Source: Lentimicrobiaceae bacterium (GTDB lineage Bacteria; Bacteroidota; Bacteroidia; Bacteroidales; WCHB1-69). Taken from it: DNA of 42,075 nt. The stretch covers positions 1-42,075 of the forward strand of contig WQWP01000003.1 in NCBI GenBank assembly GCA_009787485.1. Direction: 5' to 3'. Positions within the stretch are counted from its first letter, which is position 1. Each line of letters opens with the position of its first letter. A model generated the notes under the pieces. It was not told the DNA's origin and did no database searches. It saw nothing but the letters and a program-made list of their open reading frames with translations. Of this stretch, positions 5,065 through 15,200 are shown piece after piece. Both the position numbers and the translations under genes were made by a program.

Positions 5065-7626
5065 ATGACAAAAACAATTTTTAAAATTTTATTTCTGTCC
5101 ACCCTACTTTTAATAGGGGTAATAAACACGAACGGACAAACGTGGCCACCTGCAGGAATGCAAGGTGACGGACTAACCGCAGAAACTGCATGGGAAATCA
5201 CCACACTAAGTCATTTATTTGCACTATCCAATCATGTGAACGATTTTGATAATCAAACATCGGGTAAGTATTACAAACTGATGAACGATATTGACATGTC
5301 GGGTATTTCATTTATCCCAATAGGTGGAATGCAGTTTGAGTGGACCTATACATATACTGCATTTCGTGGAAATTTTGACGGTAACGGTAAAGTAATCAAA
5401 AATCTAACTATCAATAGTTCATCAGACAGGGTAGGATTATTTGGACACGTTGCCAGCAATGCAACATTTCAAAATCTCGGTTTGGAAAACGTCAATATCA
5501 CAGGTGGTCAATACATAGGTGGATTGATTGGAACGGTCGGTGCAATGAGAGGGCAAGCAACAACAACAGGAAACATCACAATCTCAAACTGTTATGTTAC
5601 AGGCAAAGTCACAGGTACACAATCCGTTGGCGGTCTCGTTGGGTACGTCGCACCCAATTCCACATGCAACATAACCAATTGTTACACTGAATGTAACGTA
5701 ACCGCCAACAATTTTGTAGGTGGACTGGTAGGTGATAGTCGCGGCGACATTTCCTATTGTTACACGACGGGAACAGTCAAGGGGAACGGAACTGAGTACA
5801 TTAATGCAGTTGGCGGTGTAATCGGCAGGTATCTTTCCGGAACAGTCAAAAACGTTGTTGCCGCAAATGACACCGTAATCAATTATGGTATAGGTATTGT
5901 TGGTCGTGTAATCGGTAGCAATCAAGGTACGACACCCTTAAATTGTTACGGTCTCACGACAATGGTAATCGCAAACAATAACGGTGTCAACGGTACTAAC
6001 GCAACAATCACCCAATTACAGTCCCAATCCTTTTACACAACCCCATCTAATTGGAACACATCCCCGTGGAATTTCACAACAATCTGGACAATCTGCAATG
6101 CCAAATCGTTCCCTTATTTCCAACATCAAAATAAACCTTGCCAATACACCATAACCCCATCGGCAACCGCAGGTGGTACAATTTCCCCAAACACCCCACA
6201 ATCCGTACCGGTAAACGGAAACATCACGTTCACGGCAACCCCCACCGGCAATTGCAAAGAGGTGGATGTGTGGAAAATTGACAACACGGTGGTGCAAACA
6301 GGTGGCAACACCTACACAATCCAAAATGTGCAATCCGACCAAACAATTTCCGTTTCCTTCAAAACAATAATTTACACGTTAACACCGTTGCCGGCAACGA
6401 ATGGGACAATTTCCCCGAACACCCCCCAAACGGTAGAATGTGATGGATCGCTAACAACAACATCTTTTTATGCGACCCCCAATACAAATTATGAGGTGGA
6501 TAAATGGTATGTGGACGATGTACCCGTTCAAAACGGTGGCAATTCATTTGTTTTTTACAACTGGACCCTCACTGCTAACCACACGATTGAGGTAACGTTC
6601 AAATATGTACCACCAACGTACACCGTAACGTTTGCATCGAACGGTGGCAACGGCAATATGACACCGCAAACGTTCACAGAGGGTGTACCGCAATCACTTT
6701 CACAAAATCAATTTTACCGAAACGGTTATGATTTCAAAAATTGGAACACATCGGCAAACGGCAACGGAACAACCTATCAAAACGGACAAACGATAACCGT
6801 TTCCGCAAATATGACCTTATTTGCACAATGGGAAACAACCCATATTCCCGTAACGAATATAACGAACGTTCCCACAACGGCAACCGCAAACGTTCCCTTG
6901 ACCCTTACAGGAACAGTTGTACCTTCAAATGCAACCTATAAAACAATCGTTTGGACGGTAAAATCGGCAGGAACGACAGGTGCAAAAATCGTTGGTAACG
7001 TTTTTACGGCAACCTCATCGGGAACGGCAACCATAACGGCAACCATACAAAACGGTATTTCAATGGGTGTCCCATACACAAAAGATTTCACAATAACCGT
7101 GAATACCGATTTTGTGAAAGTGACTGATATAACGAACGTCCCCACATCGGCAACCGCAAACGTTCCCTTGACCTTGACGGCAACCGTATTACCAACCAAT
7201 GCAACAAATCAATCAATCATTTGGACAGTGAAATCGCAGGGAACAACCTCCGCAACCATAAATGGCAATACGTTTTTGGCAACCTCATCGGGAACGGCAA
7301 CCATAACGGCAACCATACAAAACGGTGTTGCCGTGGGGACTCCGTTTACCAAAGATTTCAACATCAAGGTGGACACCGTTGTTGGTATTGCCGAAAACAC
7401 CCTCATAAATTTTCGGGTATATCCCAACCCGACAACCGATTACATTACAATTGACAATGAGACTAATTTCACACAAATGGCTATCATTTATGACATCAGA
7501 GGGAGTATTGTAATTTCGGCAATAATTTCCCCATTTGACAAAACCAAAGTGAATATGGGACATTTATCGGTGGGAATGTATGTATTGAGGGTAGGAAATG
7601 AAACGATGAAAATTTTAAAGGAATAA
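5065..7626 (+). CDS. T9SS-secreted surface protein: signal peptide, GLUG-motif beta-helix, divergent InlB-B repeats, two Ig-like repeats, T9SS type A C-terminal domain
   Basis: FRGNFDGNGKVIKNL and repeated VGGLVG (GLUG); YTVTFASNGG...RNGYDFKNWNT...LFAQW (InlB B repeat); VYPNPTTD...LSVGMYVLRV CTD. Confidence 0.9.
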   Translation: MTKTIFKILFLSTLLLIGVINTNGQTWPPAGMQGDGLTAETAWEITTLSHLFALSNHVNDFDNQTSGKYYKLMNDIDMSGISFIPIGGMQFEWTYTYTAFRGNFDGNGKVIKNLTINSSSDRVGLFGHVASNATFQNLGLENVNITGGQYIGGLIGTVGAMRGQATTTGNITISNCYVTGKVTGTQSVGGLVGYVAPNSTCNITNCYTECNVTANNFVGGLVGDSRGDISYCYTTGTVKGNGTEYINAVGGVIGRYLSGTVKNVVAANDTVINYGIGIVGRVIGSNQGTTPLNCYGLTTMVIANNNGVNGTNATITQLQSQSFYTTPSNWNTSPWNFTTIWTICNAKSFPYFQHQNKPCQYTITPSATAGGTISPNTPQSVPVNGNITFTATPTGNCKEVDVWKIDNTVVQTGGNTYTIQNVQSDQTISVSFKTIIYTLTPLPATNGTISPNTPQTVECDGSLTTTSFYATPNTNYEVDKWYVDDVPVQNGGNSFVFYNWTLTANHTIEVTFKYVPPTYTVTFASNGGNGNMTPQTFTEGVPQSLSQNQFYRNGYDFKNWNTSANGNGTTYQNGQTITVSANMTLFAQWETTHIPVTNITNVPTTATANVPLTLTGTVVPSNATYKTIVWTVKSAGTTGAKIVGNVFTATSSGTATITATIQNGISMGVPYTKDFTITVNTDFVKVTDITNVPTSATANVPLTLTATVLPTNATNQSIIWTVKSQGTTSATINGNTFLATSSGTATITATIQNGVAVGTPFTKDFNIKVDTVVGIAENTLINFRVYPNPTTDYITIDNETNFTQMAIIYDIRGSIVISAIISPFDKTKVNMGHLSVGMYVLRVGNETMKILKE
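6857..7370 (+). repeat. Intragenic tandem duplication with a 270-bp period (two Ig-like domains)
   Basis: For example GGCAACCTCATCGGGAACGGCAACCATAACGGCAACCATACAAAACGGT occurs at about 7008 and 7278. Confidence 0.85.
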
Positions 7627-7628
7627 TT

Positions 7629-7646
7629 TGAACAAATTTTGAACAA
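7629..7646 (+). repeat. Putative integrase arm-type site pair (right)
   Basis: Identical to 191-208. Confidence 0.7.
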
Positions 7647-7774
7647 GTAATTTGAAGACATTGTAAGAATAGAAAACATAATTTAAAACGAAGTTATGTT
7701 ATAGTCAGCCATTTAGTAACAATATTAACCACAACAGAAGACACACAAAAACAGGAAAAAACAAAACTGATATA

Positions 7775-7818
7775 ACTCATAATCAGGGGGTCCTTGGTTC
7801 GATCCCAAGAGGGACCAC
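7775..7818 (+). repeat. attR core repeat (displaced 3' half of the tRNA)
   Basis: 43/44 match to 95-138 with one mismatch (T124 vs C7804); no tRNA 5' half upstream. Confidence 0.95.
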
Positions 7819-7838
7819 TTTTATCTGTTTAAAATTAG

Positions 7839-7875
7839 AAAAAATCGTTGTAAATCAGAATACAACGATTTTTTT
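7839..7875. terminator. Bidirectional intrinsic terminator (original tRNA terminator / AAA gene)
   Basis: AAAAAATCGTTGTA-8 nt loop-TACAACGATTTTTT. Confidence 0.75.
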
Positions 7876-7876
7876 G

Positions 7877-9091
7877 TTATCTCTTTAACAGCCAATCTAC
7901 AATGTTGATATGTTCAATCCCTTCAATTTCAGAAGTTATTAGGTCAGTAGAGATAATATATTTTGGATAATTATCGTCAATAGATTTTAATGGACGGATT
8001 TCTCGCTCTGCTGTTTTAGGATCGGACATAGACCAAGTAACTTGATAATATTCAAATTTATTCAGTGCATTTTTTACAATGAAATCCACTTCATACGCTC
8101 CAACTTTTCCAATCCAAATCTGATAACCTCGCCTGTTTAATTCTAAATACACAATGTTTTCTAAAATATGTCCTACATCTTGATATTGAAATTTTCCAAG
8201 CTTTAAATTCCGAAAGCCAATATCTACCAAATAGTACTTTTCTTGTGTTGCAAGTTGCTGTTTACCTTTAATATCAAAACGGCTTACTTGATAAAAGACG
8301 TAAGAATTTACTAAATATTCGATATATCTTTCTACTGTATTGTGATGTATGTCTTGTTTATCTTGTTTCATTGCTTTTGAGATGCTATTTGGCGATACAA
8401 CACTTCCAATTGCACCCATTAAGAATTTTGAAAGATTATCAAATCCTCTCATATTCTGAATATTATATCTCTGCTTAATGTCTTTCTCTACAACGGTGCT
8501 GTACACGTCTTGAATATACCTGTTTTGAATATCAGCGCCTTGGCTTCGCAATAAAACGCCTTGTGGCAACGAAGTTTCATAAAGGTAGTTATTAAATAAT
8601 TCATATTTATTTAATGCCGTATTTTTTTGACTTTCAAAATATTCGCCGAATGAAAATGGCAAAATATGTATCGTAATGTAACGACCTGACAACAATGTTG
8701 CAATTTCGCCCGACAAAAAATAAGCGTTTGAACCTGTTACATACAAATCAATAAATTTCTCAGTATATAAGGCATCTATGAGTCGTTCAAATTCAGGAAT
8801 TTGCTGTGGCTCATCAAGAAAAATGTAATTCATATTTTCTTTGTCCGTTTTGGAAAAAATATCTTTGTAAATATCAAGCCACGTGTATTCTTCCGGAAAA
8901 ATCGGCTTTTCAAAATTATAGCATTGAACTCTGTTTGTTGGCGCTCCTGAATCAATAATTTGTTCAGCAAAAATTTCTAACAAAGTGGATTTACCCGAAC
9001 GTCTTAATCCTGTAATAACTTTGATAATATGCTCGTCTTTCAACTTTTCTAACTGTTGAATGTAGTTTTTTCTATTTATTAGCTCATTCAT
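7877..9091 (-). CDS. AAA_14 ATP-binding protein with DUF4143 C-terminal domain
   Basis: Walker A GLRRSGKS, Walker B IFLDE, TGSNA, KYYLVDIG, LENIVY...EVDF. Confidence 0.9.
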   Translation of the reverse strand: MNELINRKNYIQQLEKLKDEHIIKVITGLRRSGKSTLLEIFAEQIIDSGAPTNRVQCYNFEKPIFPEEYTWLDIYKDIFSKTDKENMNYIFLDEPQQIPEFERLIDALYTEKFIDLYVTGSNAYFLSGEIATLLSGRYITIHILPFSFGEYFESQKNTALNKYELFNNYLYETSLPQGVLLRSQGADIQNRYIQDVYSTVVEKDIKQRYNIQNMRGFDNLSKFLMGAIGSVVSPNSISKAMKQDKQDIHHNTVERYIEYLVNSYVFYQVSRFDIKGKQQLATQEKYYLVDIGFRNLKLGKFQYQDVGHILENIVYLELNRRGYQIWIGKVGAYEVDFIVKNALNKFEYYQVTWSMSDPKTAEREIRPLKSIDDNYPKYIISTDLITSEIEGIEHINIVDWLLKR

Positions 9092-9180
9092 ATTTATTTG
9101 ATATTTAATTATTTAAATGCAATTTTATCAAAACTTCGTGTTTTTAAAAGTTTTGACAAAGATAGTTTTTTTTCAACCAT

Positions 9181-9206
9181 AAAAAAGGGGCGCAATCTGC
9201 GCCCCT
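9181..9206 (-). terminator. Intrinsic terminator downstream of the giant gene
   Basis: AGGGGCGCA-ATC-TGCGCCCCT with a T run on the minus strand. Confidence 0.75.
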
Positions 9207-9244
9207 ACGTTTCGGCATTTTAATGCCGCCTGTTTCGTTAATGA

Positions 9245-12200
9245 TTACTTCTTAACAAAACTCTTCACTCCCGTGCGGTCTCCTTCTATTACACGAATGA
9301 AGTAAGTTCCTGCGGAAAGTGTAGTGATGTTGATGTCGAATATAGCTTCATCGGTTTCATATTTGGCAATATGCATACCCATGGCGTTATATACTTCAAT
9401 GGTAGCCGGCGCCGTAGCAGTACGTTTAACGGTAACTTTGTCGGTAGCCGGGTTGGGGAATAGACCGAAAGTAAGATCGTAATCGTTGATACCTAATGGC
9501 AATTTAACTGGTACAATCATATCTTTATCAGCAACAATTACATTGCCGGTTTGTGTAACATACGACAGTGCAGAAACTACCCATGGATATGTTCCGGGAG
9601 GTAAATCTTCAACTACATTACCTTCAATTGGTTCACCGTTAAATTCTATGAAAGCATCCGGTATTGGATTTCCTTCCATATCTGTTACCTCGAATGTTAC
9701 TTTATATAAACCACAAGCAGGATCGGTAATGGTAAACGGTATGGTTGCCATTGTAGATTCGCCGCAAGCAAATACTGAGGTAACACCGGCTACGTGATCG
9801 CCTTTCAGTACACCTGTAAATGTATATTCGGTTTCTGTAGTTTGGGTTACAAACTTACCATCTAAATATACATTGTAGCCGAGGAAGGTCTTCGAGTCGC
9901 TGCCTTTGCCCGGGAAGTCAACAGAAATATCATCTAACATAAAGAACCATGAGTCAACGGAAACTACATTAATAGCCAAATATACATCTTGACCTGCATA
10001 AGCAGTTAAATCAAAACTATACTCTGTCCATGTATTTTCCGGAGCTGAAATATAGGCGTCATCTTGTATGAATGTAAATGCTGCCGGAACCGGATCCGTT
10101 GTTGACACTCCTACTTTAAATCTTTCTAACTGATATACACCTGCATTCGTCCGATAAGATTTTGCCCAGAATTTTAAATATACACCTGCAGCAATCTTCA
10201 TCTTTGGTAATATCAACCAGTCATCTTGCCAGTATCCGGCATTATCGGAAGACCATGTTGTCAGATATTTATTTCCACTATGCGGCTGTGCATCCGCATC
10301 AGCGCTTAGAGCCGTTTGAGATGGATTAAATACCATATACGATTTTGGTACTGTTGCATTTGGCCAGTTAGCCTGGGTATGACTAAATGTATTTGCCCCA
10401 TCAACATCAATTAAAATATAATCGCCAATATCTGCAATAATGAAATTTTGGTAGCTTTCCATATCATCATAGAAAGGAGTGAACTGAATTTCATTATTCC
10501 ATGTAAAGAGTGCGCTACAGCCATCCACGTCTATTTCTAAACGTACCGGCTCTGTTAATTTATCAAGTACATTAGAGAACGCAGGATCAGACACTACACC
10601 ACCATGGTAGCAAGTTCTTACTGCATATCTGTACATTCCCGGAGCAGCGGTATTCCAACTGTAATCTACAAATCTCAGGTCGGTTACCGGGTTGTTGGTT
10701 AATGTTACCCATGCAGCTTGGTTATTTTCTTCTCCTTTTACAAGACGCCATAGTTTGTAACCGATAGGACCAAGCGCTTTTTCGCCGCCGCGCAACTTAG
10801 AATCATCTGTAACTACAGGCCCTTCCGACGGAGTGCTAATAATTGCAGGACCTTTCGCTAACGTAGTTTGCATGCTTCCTTCCTCTATATTGGCAGAGCG
10901 GCTGGCTCCTTTGTTGGCAACATAGCCAAACTTGCCGCCATCTGTTCCAATAGCGCGAATCATACAGTTTTTAAAGATGCTGCTCTCTCCAAACGGACTA
11001 AATGGGTAAACTGCACTTAAACTGTAATAGTTTCCGTCTGTTACGAAGGGCCATTCAGCGTTAGGAGCATCTGTTCCTACACTGGTAAAGCCACCATTAG
11101 AAGGACTTACGCCGATGAAGAATCCATCAGGACAAGCCACAGGCTCCGGAAATTCGTATTCACACCATTGTAAAGGAGTGTTCGGAATATTCAGAACTTT
11201 AAATATTACCTTGTTTCTATCAGGAATATTGTTGGTTAAACCAAGTACCCATAAATCGTAAGCCGGTTGAACTACATTGGTGGTTGAGTACCAACTCATA
11301 CTGAATAGCGTTGTGCTTTCTCTATGTACAGAGCCTATCACACTTTCGCGCGTACCTACCTCGGGGAATCCTATTTGCTGATCGTTAATTCCGCTATCAT
11401 AACGGAACTCTTTCGTTGGAAGTGCCGGCGTTCCCCAAGTAACTTCTGCATAACAATCTTCAAAATAGTTGGCTTCTACATTTCTTGGTTCTTCAGGTAT
11501 TTCTAATAAGATAATCGGTAAGTTGGTATTTCCAATAATATCTATGGTTGCGGTATAAGGTTGGAAACCTTCTGCCTCAGCATAAATTGTATATGGGCCA
11601 TCGAAAACAAACGGGAATTCAAATAAACCTAACTCAGGGCCGGACTCGGTTTCGTAGGTGTTACATCCACCTTCCAATTTCAATGTAGCGCCGTTAATGA
11701 ATGTTTGTCCATCGGCAGCTTTCACTGTACCAAATACCACACGGGTATGCAGGGAGAAATTACGTACTGTACTCATATTGGCATAAATAGTAACATTAGC
11801 CGTTGCAATAGCTCCGCAGAGATTTGCTTCTATAGCGTAGTTGCCCGGTTTCAGGTACAGGAATCTGTAGAATCCGTCTGCATTGGTCATTGCATAAAGT
11901 GCAGTACCTGTAATTTGTACTTTCACGCCTTCTATCGGAGCGCCTTGGTCATCGCTTACAACTCCGGATAATGAGCCCATTCCTTGCATGTTGAATGTAA
12001 ATCCGGCATTCGGGAGGCCTTGAGTCAGGTCGAGTGTTCCGCCGTTACCGGTTGGATTCAACAGGTCGAACTCAGCGCCACCGGCATCATCTTTGTAAAG
12101 CATTCTTGAACGTCCTGCGAGAGGAGTGCATTTGAATCCATCGGTTGAGTTGCCGTAGCCACTGTCGTATCTTTGAGAGTAAATTACCAAAATTTTACCG

Positions 12201-15200
12201 TTATATTCGTACGGCGTAGCTAATGGAATATTAAAGGTATATTTTCCTGTAGGGAAGCTTCTTATGCCGTCATATACTTCTGTAAAGATATTAGGATCTA
12301 CCCAGCCGGCATTCAGGTTATCAAGATTATCCACTTCACCTATCCATACGCGAATTCTTACACTTTGCAAATTAGTGCCGGTATGGTCAATAGATGCTTG
12401 ATAAGCAATATTGTTGATAATACCGCCATTGGTTCCAAATTCGTGTGGGAAGTATATCGATTGCGACAAACTCTTACGATAGTAGAGGTTGTAAGGCACT
12501 CTTCCTGAGTTATTTGTTGCGTTTGGATCGCCAATCTCGATGATAACCGTACCTTCAGGACTCACTGTTATTGGGAATAGCGGGGTTGTGTTATTTCCAA
12601 GGAACATGTCGCTCTCAAAATCCACATAGCCTTTAATATTTAGTATTCCAACGTGCGCTGCGGTGAAAGCATCTACCGGAACTGTATATTGACCAACGGC
12701 TTCAGGAGCTAAGAATGTGGTGATTTCGCTTTCTCCCAACAATTCATTGTCTTCTGTTAATACTTGAAGTTTAAAGTTGGTTACAGGGTTAATCCCTTTG
12801 TTCTTAACAGTTATGGTATAATCATAACTGTTTCCTACAGTTGGATTAGGTCCGGCAATTGATATGGCTTCCATATCTATATCAAAAATGCCTTCCAATT
12901 TTACTTCGTCAACATAGAGGTTAAATTGATTAGCAATAGAATAGCAATAATATCCCAGATGTAAAATTCCTGCAGGAAGAACTACTACAAATTCTGCATT
13001 AAGCATATTTCCGCCTGTACCGCTAATCGCTGTATAGTCGTGTATCACATTAGTTTGTGCAGCAACGGTATTGCTGGCTCCCCAAGTTACGCGCAATCTT
13101 TCCAGGTATGAAGTGGAGTTGGTGCCATACTTGAATGTCAGTCTGTATTCTCCTGCGGCAGGTACCATAATCGGAGGTGAAATCATCCAGTCGTTGGCAG
13201 GAAGTGTAGAATGCCAGGTATATTGTGCCAAACCGTTGTTGGGCGGAGTGGTAGTTGGCGTAGTACGTGTCCAGGTATTACCGCCGTTCAAATCAATTAC
13301 TGTCCATTCGTTGAAAACAGCTTGTGTTTCAAAGTCGCAGAAATAAGGAATGGTGTAAGGTTCACTTGGTAAACACACCTCATTCGACATCCCTGTATAG
13401 AAGTCATTCGGACAAAGAAGTTCCACTTTATAACAAGCCGCATAAATAGGGCCGAGCGGATCTACATAAGGGCTGGTAGCGCCTGTCATTATAATAGCGC
13501 CATCGCGGTAAATTCTTCCGGTAACTCCGGGCTCATTCGTCCATGAAATTCTATTGCCACCGGCAACGCGGGTAACAGCGATTACAGCAGGATCGCAATC
13601 GGGCACAAATACACAAGGCAAGTCTATCGTTTCGCAAACAAGTTCAGACTCTTGGCCATCGGGGCAAATTGATTTCACACACCACGTATGTCCACCTACC
13701 CAAGGATCGAAATCATTATCAATGTACGATTTTTTCTTTGTGGTGGCAATATGATCGCCATTACGGTAAACCATATATTCTAAGTCGCTGCCCGGGCAAA
13801 CCCTAAGTCTGAGATTAGCTCTGAATTGAGTTCTTGTCATACTTCCTGCAGGCGCTGCCGGATTTATCTGATTGTAGTCGTCGTATGCGTAGATGGTCTT
13901 ATATTGTGTAAGGGTACCTCCTGCCCAACTACTGGAGAACCAACCGGTACCCATGGTTTGGTTGATGGCAATTACAAGATTACCACCGTCATATTCAAAT
14001 GGTTCTTCAAAATCTATGGAAGTCCACTGGTCAGCTGCATTAAATGTAACCGTACCGCTATACATTAATGTCAATTCGGAAAGCGGAATAAATTCGGATG
14101 CAGTAACCGGAGTACCAAATTCGCTTTTGGTCGTAGTTCCTATATAAACCGCCACCGGAATAGTTTTTACCGCATTAACTCCGGTAGTACGATAGCCAAA
14201 TGCTACCCCTGAAATGAGCGCGCCTACAGCATCTCCAATTTCCGACTCATTATAAATGGTTTGCGTATAGGCATTATTATAAGTTGTATATATTGGTGAA
14301 CCGAGGCCTGTTGTAGTACCGGATGGAACCACTAAGCCTTCGCATTCGCCCATATCTTCAGTTACCGTTATAGATTGACATACGCTTTGCGGCCCACAAT
14401 CTTGTGAAGGAGGATAGATAGCTCTTACACAATAGCTATGCTGTCCGGAAGGCGCGAATGAATGGGTGAAAGAAGTAGTATTTACGGTTTCTAACAGCGT
14501 TCCGTTGAAACGTACTTCATATCCTGTAGGTGTGCCGGAGGCAGCCGTCCATGTTAAATTAACACTTTGACCTGGAGCTTGAGTAGCCGTAAGGCCAGAA
14601 ATTGCGGGACATGGGTCTTTGCCTGCACCTGCTATAACAAAAGATTCAACACTTCTCTCTGCGGGGAAAGTTCCGAGAATAGTAAAAGCGCCTGTTGCTT
14701 TATTAATGGTGCGCCACTGTGTTGTATTGGTTGGCAGATCTGGGCTGCGGAAAGCATGATACAAGATACCTGTTTCCGGATCAATATTAATATCCTGAAT
14801 CCAGTTTCCGGCCGGATATGTAGAAATTTGGGTAAATGCTCCGGTTGTTAAATTAAGCGTACCAAAAGTTGATTGAGTTACGCTGAGGTTCAATGCATAG
14901 CAAGTTCCGTCAACATCAATAGCAATATATCTAACTGCATCAGTTGTTGATATTTGAGTAAATATACCGGTTGCAAGGTCAATCGTTCCAAATCGGGCTG
15001 AGGGCTCAGGAAACTCTGTAGCATACGCTATACCGGTAACAGGATTTAATGCCATACTGATACAATCGGGCACCTGGGCGTTATTGGAGTTAATGATAAC
15101 AGTTGCTCCGGTTTCCGGATCCATTTTTCTATAAGAATTAACGTATGGAGCGCTGCTGGTACAAGTTACTATTCCTATTTGACCATCTGCAGGATCATAA

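Larger units (their letters stand above)
95..7818. mobile_element. 7.68-kb tRNA-integrated element (rep-xis-int, two orphan genes, structured non-coding region, T9SS cargo)
   Basis: Flanked by a direct repeat of the tRNA 3' half; encodes a tyrosine integrase and an excisionase-like gene; oligonucleotide composition differs from flanking host DNA. Confidence 0.93.

Noticed and set aside
6857-7370. DGR template/variable repeat pair
   Set aside because: Both copies are in-frame Ig domains of one gene, differences are not adenine-specific, and there is no reverse transcriptase in the window
7775-7818. Second tRNA gene
   Set aside because: Only the 3' half is present; it is the attR repeat
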